Assembly (NCBI GenBank): GCA_010093745.1 | Contig: MU005963.1 | Coordinates: forward strand, 330,217-394,216 | Reading direction: 5' to 3' | From: Piedraia hortae CBS 480.64 | Lineage: Eukaryota | DNA length: 64,000 nt | Program-made: the position numbers and the translations under genes | Notes under the pieces: generated by a model | Seen by the model: the letters and a program-made list of their open reading frames with translations, nothing else | The model's database searches: none | Told to the model about the DNA's origin: nothing | In this document: one piece after another, positions 10,630-20,563 of the stretch | Layout of the letters: each line of letters starts with the position of its first letter | Position numbering within the stretch: position 1 is the first letter of the stretch

Positions 10630-13093
10630 ATGGACCGGACAGATTACGCGGCGTTAATAGTCAGTTGCTCTTGCCTGCCGGTGAATCCGTGACTGACAGC
10701 TGTAGCCCCAATTACAGCCCCACCAGGCGGTAGACGTCCTCGATGACCGCGTGCGCCAGATCGCGAAAATCAACGACCAGGTTGCCGACTGGCTGCAGGA
10801 GCGTCGGCGACTGGAAGAGCAATACTCGGATGGGCTAGATCGGCTGGCGAAACGCAACCTCGGCGAGGCGGACTTGGGCATATTCTCCGTGCCATGGACG
10901 ACTCTCACGAACGCGGCCGGCACGCTGGCGCAGGCACACTCAGCGCTTGCATCTAAGATTGAGGTTGATGTCGAGCGTCCGCTGCGCGACTTCGCGACGT
11001 CCAACCCGGCTATGAAGGCAGCCGTGGCGGAACAATCGGGCTTGTCGGTCGCAGCGAGGGAAAAAGAAAGAAAAGCAGATCAGACGCACAACCGCTGGGA
11101 CTCGCAAGCTCCTGCCGCGTTTGAGAAGCTGCAGGTGGCTGATGAGGCGCGACTAAGCCATCTGCGCGATGTCTTGACGCAATTGCAGACGCATGAAATC
11201 GACCTGGTGGCTAAGAACCAGACCACGGCCGAGCACTGCCTCAACGTCTTGCTCAGCATGCAACCCGAGGACGAAATCAAGACTTTTGTCATCAAGACGG
11301 TGCAACATCCGCGCCCACGAAGCTCGAGGCCCCCCAGCTCGGATCCTCGACCTTCGCGGCAGCCCTCGATCGATCCACATCATCTGTTTGCGTCGTTTTC
11401 CAATACCGATGACGCGAGTTTGCGCTCTGCAGGCGCAGAGGACAAGCGCAAGAGTCGCTTTGGCGGGCTCAAGAGGTTGGGGACGGTTGTCGGTAAGAAA
11501 AAAGACAAGGAAAGCAAGCCGTTTAGCCTGGGTCGAAAGGGAAAGAAGGAGTCGGCTCTGGAGCCGCCATCTGAAAGCAGAGAAAATGCGGGATCACCGG
11601 AAAGGGTTCTAGAACCTCGCAGCAATTTGGTCGAGCCCGAGCCGCAAAAGGATGCGGAGGGATTCAGCATACCTCCCGAGCGGGGAGCAGATCCAATATC
11701 TCAAGCCCAGGCCCAAGCTTCTGCTGCCACAAGAGGCAAGAGTGAGGACAACGGTGCGGTCTCTTCCCTTAACCAGGACGGGCCGACTGAGAGCCATACA
11801 CCAAGCCAACTGTTCTCTGATAATCATTCGCGGCTATCAGACGACCAGCCGCTGGGTCTGCTAAATGTGCAAATCCGCGACGCGCCCATCCCGGAGGAAG
11901 GCAGTGGAATGTCTCTATCTAGTGCAGCACAGCGACTGCCCCCACCAGTGGTTGGGAGAGCAGGCAGCTCATTGCGCGGTCGAAGAGCCGGAAGACCAGT
12001 TAGTACCGTCAACGGCCTTTCTTCGATGCCATCTGGAAACCCCTTTGGTCAACCGCCCGAGGCTTCTCCGCCACGCGAGGGCACACCGTCATCCGCCCTT
12101 CCTGCTCTCCCTACGCTAGGAGGTCTTGCTATGGGAAGCAGTGCATTAGCAATGAGCGGTATGGCGTCTCCGTCGCAGATGATGCCTCCGCCTTCGCCTT
12201 GGGCGGACCAGCATGACAATCAATCTATACGCTCTGGCCGGTCGCTGAGCAGCTCAATGACCAGCCAGTCACGAGGCCACCAACAACAGCATCCGGACTG
12301 GCACTCTACCGGCCTCGGCGTCTCCATAATAGAAACCCACCACGTCAAAATCTCCAACGGCGAAACCACTCAGTCCCTTGTAACAGGCGACATTGGTCTC
12401 GCGAGCGGGAACATCCTTTCCAGCGAAGAGGCCACTCACTTCAAGCTGCGCAGCGAGACCCAACCACTCGACAAGATCATCACGAACCCAGGCCTCCTGA
12501 ACATGTCGAGCGACTCTGTCGAAACAGAATGGTCCCTCCGCCCCGTTGGCCTCTCCAGAAAACCTGCCACGGCATGGCGGTATCAACAGGCTCGCCTCTC
12601 CGAGACACCCTCCCTCCACTTCTCTCTCGCCACTAAACCCGAACGCGGCCAGGTGAGCGTCATCGTCCGGTATACCGCGCCACAGCAAATGCAGGGAGGG
12701 CTTAAGAACCTAACCGTTTCTCTTGCGGTGGAGGGAATAGGGTCCCACGCTACGCAGTGCCAGTCTAAACCGCAGGGTGCGTATAGTCGCGAGCGCGGTG
12801 TTCTTTACTGGACGTTGGGAGACACCGTACCTTTGGGCGAGAATAAGCTGCTCGCAAGGTTCATGTTTCCCGACGGAGTGGCTACTGAGGGGGCGGTTCC
12901 CGTTGTTAACGCACGGTGGGAGGAGGACGTTTCTCCTCATGAGGTTGGGATGAAGGTTTTGAGGAAGTTGGGGAAAGTTAATGAGGATCCGTTTGCGGAG
13001 GAAGAGAATCTATATGGCTGCGGTAATGGGACGGCTCAGTGGGAGGAGGTAAAGGGTATAGCCAAACGAGTCAATGTGGTGCAGGTTCGATAG
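10630..13093 (+). CDS. SYP1: Syp1/muniscin-like protein (F-BAR-like N-terminus, disordered linker, mu-homology C-terminus); intron 10660-10705
   Basis: N-terminal ADWLQERRRLEEQY helical region; C-terminal beta-rich domain with SIIET, QSKPQG, LLARF. Confidence 0.75.
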
Positions 13094-13237
13094 AGCGTGT
13101 ACATATATACATACGCACAACTCACTTTCCGCTTTCTTGTTCTATTCACAATTAGAATTATCATAATCATGTATGCAGTACACCAGGGGTATCCCAAAAC
13201 CAACAAACGTTGTTTTACAAGAATTTTTGCATTGGGC

Positions 13238-14518
13238 TCATGTGTATGCTTTGTGCTCTTCGTGGTCGCTGGCACTGGCCAGCGTCTCGCCTTCCCAGGA
13301 CTCGTCGCCCGAGATTGGTGATAATCCCCGAGGGCTGCTTCCGCTGCTGGCAAAGCTGGAAGACGAGCCCACAGTCCAGTTATCTGTTGGAAGGTAATCG
13401 TCGAGTTCCATAAACGCATACTCGCGAGTCGTGTCCTCACCCTTTTCTACGTATTCGTAATCCCACCGCAGCAGCTTGCCGGGCTGCAGGCGTGGGAGAA
13501 ATCGTGAACGAGCGATGAAGAACGCTACGCCAGAAATGAGACTACCGGCTATCAGGTCGACGGCATAATGATGACTGAGGTACATGGTCGACCACCAGAG
13601 CCATAGGCCGTACAGGATAAAAAGCGGTCGCAAGCGCGGAAAGCAGTGCGACATGAACAAGACTTCTATCGTGGCACAGCCCGAGTGCAGCGACGGAAAT
13701 GCACCGAAGACGACGGGCGAAGCAGTAAAACTTGATGTGTACATGTCGACTCCCAGAAGGCGGTCGATGGCAGCGAGGCCGGCGGGAGATCCCTTCATGG
13801 CGTAGTTGGCCGGCGCGAGGCCGTACATGTTCTCGTACCAAGGCGGCGAGCAGGGGAAGACGAGCTGAATAAAGACACCGGCCATGTTCATGTAGCCAAA
13901 TGCGCGGCCAAACACGGGCACTGTGCCTGGCGGGCTGAAGACAAACATGATGGCCGCACACACAAATGGCGCTCCAAAGTGCATGAGGCCATACGGCAGC
14001 CAGGCCAGCACATCGAGCACCGAACTCTTGTGGGCCGAGAGAATGTTGCTCAAATTAGCTCCGTAGAGGATATTCTCCAGTGCGGGCAGTACGCGCACCC
14101 AGATAGGCGGCCGCCAATCGCTGGGGATAAACTGTGCAGAGTAGAAGAGAACAAGCCAGGCAAAAATAGGCAGCGCAGGCAGGAAAAACTGTCTTGTAAC
14201 TGGCACAACAAGGCTGGCCATCAGCAGCGTGGCCACAAGGGTTTTGACCAACGGCCCCGGAGCTTGAATGACGCTGAGGCTGAAAATGCCGACAACGGCC
14301 AGCAGCAGGTATTGTGCGTCATAGTAGCTCCACCGGTGTGTCCGTAGCGCCCGCAAGGTGTCGGCGGGGCTGAGAGACGTCTTGAGCGAGGCGATCGACG
14401 ACGTTGGCGTCTGCCTGGCGCGGATCTTGGACCCCGTTGACCGGAACTTGCGGCGTATGCGGTGCGGGATGAGGACGGGGAGATGGACAAGAGAGAAGAG
14501 GCCGTCATTGTTGGCCAT
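13238..14518 (-). CDS. AUR1: Inositol phosphorylceramide synthase (aureobasidin A resistance protein)
   Basis: PAP2-like motifs PPWY, GAFPSLHSG, TMYLSHHYAVDL; multiple TM helices. Start taken as MANND; an in-frame upstream ATG exists at 14587. Confidence 0.93.
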   Translation of the reverse strand: MANNDGLFSLVHLPVLIPHRIRRKFRSTGSKIRARQTPTSSIASLKTSLSPADTLRALRTHRWSYYDAQYLLLAVVGIFSLSVIQAPGPLVKTLVATLLMASLVVPVTRQFFLPALPIFAWLVLFYSAQFIPSDWRPPIWVRVLPALENILYGANLSNILSAHKSSVLDVLAWLPYGLMHFGAPFVCAAIMFVFSPPGTVPVFGRAFGYMNMAGVFIQLVFPCSPPWYENMYGLAPANYAMKGSPAGLAAIDRLLGVDMYTSSFTASPVVFGAFPSLHSGCATIEVLFMSHCFPRLRPLFILYGLWLWWSTMYLSHHYAVDLIAGSLISGVAFFIARSRFLPRLQPGKLLRWDYEYVEKGEDTTREYAFMELDDYLPTDNWTVGSSSSFASSGSSPRGLSPISGDESWEGETLASASDHEEHKAYT

Positions 14519-14840
14519 GCCCGCTAAACCGCTGCTGCGTGTGTGGATGGAGTGCAAAGGGAGAGGATAAGAAAGTGCGTGAAACATATGCGGCCGGATC
14601 TTCTGTGCTCCCGTTCCCGGCCGCTCATTTCCGCCAAGGGGCTTTGTCAATCAATTCTATTAGTCACCGGTCAATCAAATCTCAAGCGATTCTGCTGTCC
14701 GACATTGGCCCGAGCCGTTTCCTGTCTGCTTTTGTTTCAGTAATGCGGTGACGCTCAACGGTAAATTGCGGTTGGTGACGTAAATTAAAACGGCCATCAC
14801 GTCAGCCAAGCATCCTTGAGCTCCAGGACCAACACGCGAC

Positions 14841-15500
14841 ATGGATGCTTCGACACGGCTCCGGCGCGCAATCTATCTCCATGACCTCGCCCTTGTCGAC
14901 CGCATCCTCGGCGCCAATCCGCAGCTGTTGACCAACCCGGACTTTGACGACAAAAGCAACACCAATCTCCATTTGGCCGCCGTTCTGGGTTATCTGGACC
15001 TCGCCGCGCTGTTCATACGTGCAGGCCACGACGCGACCGCAATCAGCCGCAACGCAGACCACGAAACGCCGCTGCATCTCGCCGTTAGAAACGGTCACGT
15101 TGATCTGGCAAAGTTACTACTCCGCACCTTTCCCCATTGCATTTCTTTTGCCAACGCCAACGGCCTTGACGCCTTGGCGGTGGCTGCCCAAAGTCCAAGG
15201 TCGGTGTCGTTGATTCCCTTACTCCTACGCCATCCTCACAACCCCGTGTCCCCAAACGTCTGCGATAAGGACGGTAACACCCCACTCCACCACGCCGCTG
15301 CTTCGGGCTCCTTGCCTGCTTTGCGCATCTTGCTAGCTGCGGGGGCTAATCCACAGGCCAAGAATAATTACGGCTGGACTCCCCTGGCCTATAGTCAAAC
15401 GGTAACAGTTGAAGTTGACTTTAAAAATTTAATATCCGAGTGGGAACGTCGATCTCCGGGTGTGCGGTTGGTGGTGGAGCCGGAAGAGCCCCGGCTGTAA
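14841..15500 (+). CDS. Ankyrin repeat protein
   Basis: Repeats NTNLHLAA, ETPLHLAVRNGH, GNTPLHHAAASG, GWTPLAYS. Confidence 0.9.
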   Translation: MDASTRLRRAIYLHDLALVDRILGANPQLLTNPDFDDKSNTNLHLAAVLGYLDLAALFIRAGHDATAISRNADHETPLHLAVRNGHVDLAKLLLRTFPHCISFANANGLDALAVAAQSPRSVSLIPLLLRHPHNPVSPNVCDKDGNTPLHHAAASGSLPALRILLAAGANPQAKNNYGWTPLAYSQTVTVEVDFKNLISEWERRSPGVRLVVEPEEPRL

Positions 15501-15502
15501 CC

Positions 15503-16387
15503 ATGTCTACCCTGCTGTATACGCCCAACGCCAGCGCACACGACAGTCATGCCGAACTCGCTTGGCTACTTACTGCATTGCATGATCCTTTGATATCCCT
15601 CAAGTCCGGCTTGCAAGAATGTTCCGATTTACTTGCACCTCGTGAGCCAGGTGCAACTTTAGTCCTCTCATCCCGCCGTTCAGAGCATCTCAAGGGCTTC
15701 GTAACTCGAGTAGGGAGCCGCATAGTCAAGGGAGAGATTCACTTGCGGGTCCCATCCTTGCCACCGCCAAAAGGCCAGTCGACTTATAAATTATCTGTTT
15801 CTTCTCTCCCTTCCGCGCCCGCTTTGGGAATACCCCAACTTATCTCCGCACGAACAAGCGTCAATGCTGCCCTGGATCTGATCGATGCCACTCAATGGAC
15901 AGGCAACCGCAACGATGCCGGATTCGTGTCCGGCCAACTCCGACTCCTGCATGAATGCGTCAGCGAAGCGAAGGAAGCGTTAAAAGGCGATGCCACGGCC
16001 GAGAGCACACCCGCCGACTCTGTCGATCCCACCACTTTCACCCCACCCTTACCATCCCGCGTAGCGCTCAACTTTTCCATCACAGACGCGGCCGTCATCC
16101 TGAATGTGCGCGTTTCCGACCATGGCTTTGGCGAGGATTCTCTTTCCGGCTTCTCGATCCGAGAGCGTCTCGCTACTGCGTGGGGCGGCTCGCAGAGGGG
16201 TAGCCCTCAAGGCGGCTCGCAAATGCAAAGCGTAGATGGAGATGAGCCTGATTTAAGAGTTAGAGATAAAGTTCGCGTAGAGAGCCTGGACCCGAACCTC
16301 ATGGCAGCTCTCGCAAAGCTGGTCTCGCTCGAAAGGAGCGTGGACACCTGGCGAAGGGCGTTGGATGTGGTCATGCGGGATGTTTGA
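15503..16387 (+). CDS. RAV2: RAVE complex subunit 2 / Rogdi-family protein
   Basis: ELAWLL...LKSGLQEC, LVLSS...LKGFVTRVG, C-terminal VRDKVRVESLDPNLMAALAKL; ATG in ACCATG context 2 nt after the ankyrin stop. Confidence 0.75.
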   Translation: MSTLLYTPNASAHDSHAELAWLLTALHDPLISLKSGLQECSDLLAPREPGATLVLSSRRSEHLKGFVTRVGSRIVKGEIHLRVPSLPPPKGQSTYKLSVSSLPSAPALGIPQLISARTSVNAALDLIDATQWTGNRNDAGFVSGQLRLLHECVSEAKEALKGDATAESTPADSVDPTTFTPPLPSRVALNFSITDAAVILNVRVSDHGFGEDSLSGFSIRERLATAWGGSQRGSPQGGSQMQSVDGDEPDLRVRDKVRVESLDPNLMAALAKLVSLERSVDTWRRALDVVMRDV

Positions 16388-19300
16388 ATGCTACGTACTA
16401 CGACGCCGTTGACGAAATGTAACTTTATCTTTATGTAGAAGGGATACCCAGGCCTTGATACGGCTGTATTATCGTTGCTGCGAAGCTGGTGATTATCTTT
16501 CACTTCCACATGAACACATTCACAACGTTGTAACCTGTCTGAATGATCTCACCATTTGATGCGTGTCACAGGCTTTTGATCGCAGCGTCTACTACGCCAC
16601 ACACATTACTGAACCCCCTTGGTGCGAAACTCCATCTTCAGAAGACTCTGTGAGGGCAAGGTTTGTACGAACCTGCAAAAGACAATTCCCCATAGTCTTC
16701 TCGAGAAGAATGCATGCCACCAAGACCGTTGTTCCCGTAGAAGAAGGACCGTGGGAAAAAATATGATAGGACTCTCGATGTTCATTCATGTTTCGTATGA
16801 TATGGCAAGGAAGGTGGGGTTTCGCGGAACGGACCGACACAGCTGTCAGGTGGAAGAAAATTTAATTCAAGTTGAGGCGCACCACAGAGACAAAGATAAT
16901 AACCTCAAATCCGCTGGGTAGGTATACGCGCCCCCCAGTATAGGAGCCGGATACACTAGCCTGAACCTGCAGGATGCTGCTGTCGCAGGGATCATAGAAA
17001 TGTGAAAGCAGCGAGCTAGGCTCCGTAAGGAACGACGAGCGAATATGGGGAGATCAGATGACGACCAAGACCGGGTGTTCATTGGAGAAGTACAATCCTA
17101 CGCCGGATGGCGACAAAAAATTATTGGAGAAAGATAAGATTCTCAGCATGTTTCGCGAAATCAACGCCTGGCTTCCGCCACAGTGTGTTCGATACCGACG
17201 ACAACTATGCGGCAAAAGATCTCTTTTTCTGATATCAGGAGCATGGTCAAGCCCGGAGTTAAAGAATCATAGGACAAGGGAACATAAGCCCATCCGAGAA
17301 GGTCTGAAGAACGTGATCCATATGGACATTTGTGCCCAGTCGAGTCAGACGCAGTCAAAGGGCACAAATGCTGTTTGTTCTCATAAAAGGATTCTTGGGG
17401 TAATTACTGAGGCCACGCAGTGCAAAACTACAGCGTCCTCCAATAAGTTCATTCTGCAAATACAACTTGGGGAACTACTGCAAATGGATAAAATCTTAGT
17501 TACCAATAGGGGAAGCGGATACACCAGGATGAGACTCTATACGAGATGGCAAAGGAAGCAGACTTGCGCATCAGCGGTTCCGGTTATACGCCAGATCAGA
17601 ACGGGACGATGGAGAGTGTTTGAACAAGGTGCCCATTCGTTGGGCGCGTACAAAATCTATCGACGACAAATTCTCACAATTTGGACACTGGCAGTTCAAT
17701 ATTTCTGCCGCATTGCGAAGCCGGACCCTGATGCATACATGGGCAATCGGAGTTGCCCTCATATACAACTGGACAAGCCGAACTTGTGAGTTTTGGCGAT
17801 CAGTCGCTTCGTGGCTATTAACAACAAGGTCAAGGTCTTCTTGGGGAGATTACATGGATAGTTTCGACAGGGCTTTGTTGTGTCAAAGGGCTTTTTGCAA
17901 CCTTGTCCATCCCGCACCCTGTATGCAGAGGGTAAAATGTAGTCGGTCTAGCAAGCGTTGGCCTTTCTTGTCGATATGCTTCGGCACCCTTCGACCAGTC
18001 GCAGCCACCATATCCAGCCAGAACAGGTTGATAGATTGGTGATCCGTTCTGTCAATATGAGCCAGCTTGTTTTAAAAAATGTTGGAAGAAACATTTGGAA
18101 GTACGGTAACTTCAAGCATGATCGTTGGTTTATCCCTGTATATGGTCAAATGACGAGTACGGACGCATCTGCCGGTGGCATCGACACCATTCCTTCACAA
18201 ATTATCGTAATGGGAACATAAGTGTTCGCTGGCAATAACAAGAAAAACGCTCATCAAAGCAAAATCAGACTGTTCTTAGATTCGAGGTGGCGTGGTGGGA
18301 CGGATGGTAGATATTGCCGCGACATTTTGTGGCAATTGACATGCAACGACACTAATCTACTGCACCTCAACTGTCTTGTGGCATGAGGGCGAGATCTCGG
18401 CGGTTAAAAAGACGCAGTAAATGATCATGGCATGCCAACAGCAGTTTGTCGGTTTTTGATCGGCCCTTTACCTCATCTATCATTTCGGTCTAATTAGTTG
18501 CTTGATCGCTCGCGTTCTCCCCGGGCGCTGTAGTCTGATTCGTCAGAATGCCCAGATAGAGCAGGGGAGAAAATGCCTTGAAACAAGGTGTTACGATCCA
18601 AAAGTGAAGGTGCAACATCTTGAAGTGTGATGTGTTCACGTGGAGGATGACTCATTGGGAGAGGAAATGGAAGGAAAAACGGAGTGCCCAAAACGAAGAA
18701 AACAAATTTGGGTACCGAGTCCTTCCTGGTGATTAACTAATTATATAACTCTAGACACAAAAATCAGAGAAGGCCAACCAAAGCAAGGTAGCGGTGCCTG
18801 CACCTCTACACAGGATGAAACACGCAGAGGGTCATGTGGGGAGGAATCATGCGGGGATCAATCCCCGCGCTACTCGTCCCTTTGGTGATCTTGCACGAGA
18901 ACGGAAGGAATGACCCAGCGTATTCGCCATCTTGGCCTTGAAGATTCCAGAGAAGTCTGAGCGCTCTGGACTCTTTTTGTTCTATAAATTTCCAATCTTT
19001 TCATTTTCTCTTCTTCCCATACTCATCCACACCTCATTCATTCCTGCCCTCCTTCACCATCTTCACGTCGCGCACTCATGCTCTTACGCTCATTGCCTTT
19101 TGCCAACTGCTAGGACTATCATCACAATCTTCTTTAAGATCCCCAGCTGTTGAGACTTTGCGTGACTGAATTATGCCAAGACAACGGGACTGGCATAGGG
19201 TCTGAAATAGGGAACCGGAAACTGACGACACTGCAAAATGATGAGCTAGAAACGTGTCTATCCAACATGGGCACGTGTGACGTGGATAGAAGTTTGCCCC

Positions 19301-19435
19301 ACGACGAATCATCCCTCCTCCATCAGCACACCATGCTTGTCAACGAATAAATACGCATGCTGGAGCCATGTGCGTAGACATCTCATGTCAGCTTGGTTAG
19401 GGAGGCAATTTTCCCTTGGGACAACGTCGCGCTAC

Positions 19436-19950
19436 TACGAGCTCCTGTATGGCCCACCGGGGACGGGCAAGACGCTAATGGCCCACCACATGCGAGAAGG
19501 CTCAGCACAAGAGGATCCAAGGTTGGGAGCGAGTTAGATGTTTGGGATAAGCACGCGAGCCAATCTGAGGAAAGTTTTCGAAAGCTGGTTGCCAGCCCCG
19601 AAGCCGAACATGAGTTGAAGGGAGACAATTCAGGTCTTCACGTCATCCATTTCGATGAGTTTGACGCTATCGCCAGGTCTCGTGGTGGCGGAACGAGTGT
19701 TGGGAGTAGTATTGTCTGTCAGCTTCTGATAAAGATGGACGGCGTGAAACAGCTCAACATCTTGGTCATTGGCACGACAAGCCGCAAGGCCTTGATAGAC
19801 GAGACCCTGCTACGTCTAGGACTTTTCAAGGTGCAGCTGGAAACCTCGCTACCTGACGAGGCGGAGGAGCAACAGATTTCAGATCCATACGACTAAGAAG
19901 GCGACGAGCAAGTTGCTGGCCAAGGACATGGATGCAGAGATTTAGCTCCC
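19436..19950 (+). pseudogene. SEC18: SEC18/NSF AAA-ATPase D1 fragment, frameshifted (copy 1)
   Basis: LLYGPPGTGKTLMA (Walker A) in one frame; SEESFRKL...GLHVIHFDEFDAI (Walker B)...QLLIKMDGVKQLN...LIDETLLRLG...SLPDE in another; further frameshift and stop near 19890. Confidence 0.8.
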
Positions 19951-20344
19951 GCGGGTGAGATTGCGCAGCAACCCGAAGAGGACGGAGCGATAGACAGAAT
20001 CAGGGACAGGACAGATCCAGATGTATACGAGTCAATACCAGTGTCGATATGACAGTGTGAATGACTACCTGTCTCTATAGGGGGCGTTCAGAATGAAAAT
20101 TCTGTACCGGTGGGCCGGTGTCGTCACGTCGTACACTAGCATGGCGCATTCACCATGTCACATATGACATGACCCTGAGGGAAACCCCTAGAGTGCAGCT
20201 GGTGGTGTGGGAGGTATCGCTGACTTGCTATGCAAGTGCCCCGCATATGCGCTAGCGGCGATGCTTGAATCTAACAATGGACCTGACCGAGCTGGTGGCT
20301 TGTACTTGCAATTCCACCGGCGCGGAGCTCAGCAGCCTGGTCAA

Positions 20345-20563
20345 GTGATAGACTAGGTCATGCTGCGTCCAGAACGTTTCGACGTGCAGGTGAAGATCGA
20401 TCTCTCTGGTGAACTGGGACGGCCAAAAATTCTTGATGCCCAAACGATCAAGAAGGCCACGAGCAAATTGCTGGCCAAGGATGTGGACCCGACCTAGCTA
20501 GCGGCACGGACTCGCAATTTTTTGGGCGCAGAACTCCGCGGCGTGGTCAAGGCAGTGCAGTCA
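20345..20563 (+). pseudogene. SEC18: SEC18/NSF fragment (copy 2) with in-frame stops
   Basis: Translates VID*VMLRPERFDVQVKIDLSGELGRPKILDAQTIKKATSKLLAKDVDPT*LAARTRNFLGAELRGVVKAVQS; DNA near-repeat of ~19890-19930. Confidence 0.75.

Noticed and set aside
17058..17789. 243-aa plus-strand ORF in the island
   Set aside because: No domain features and atypical composition; cannot be supported as a real gene
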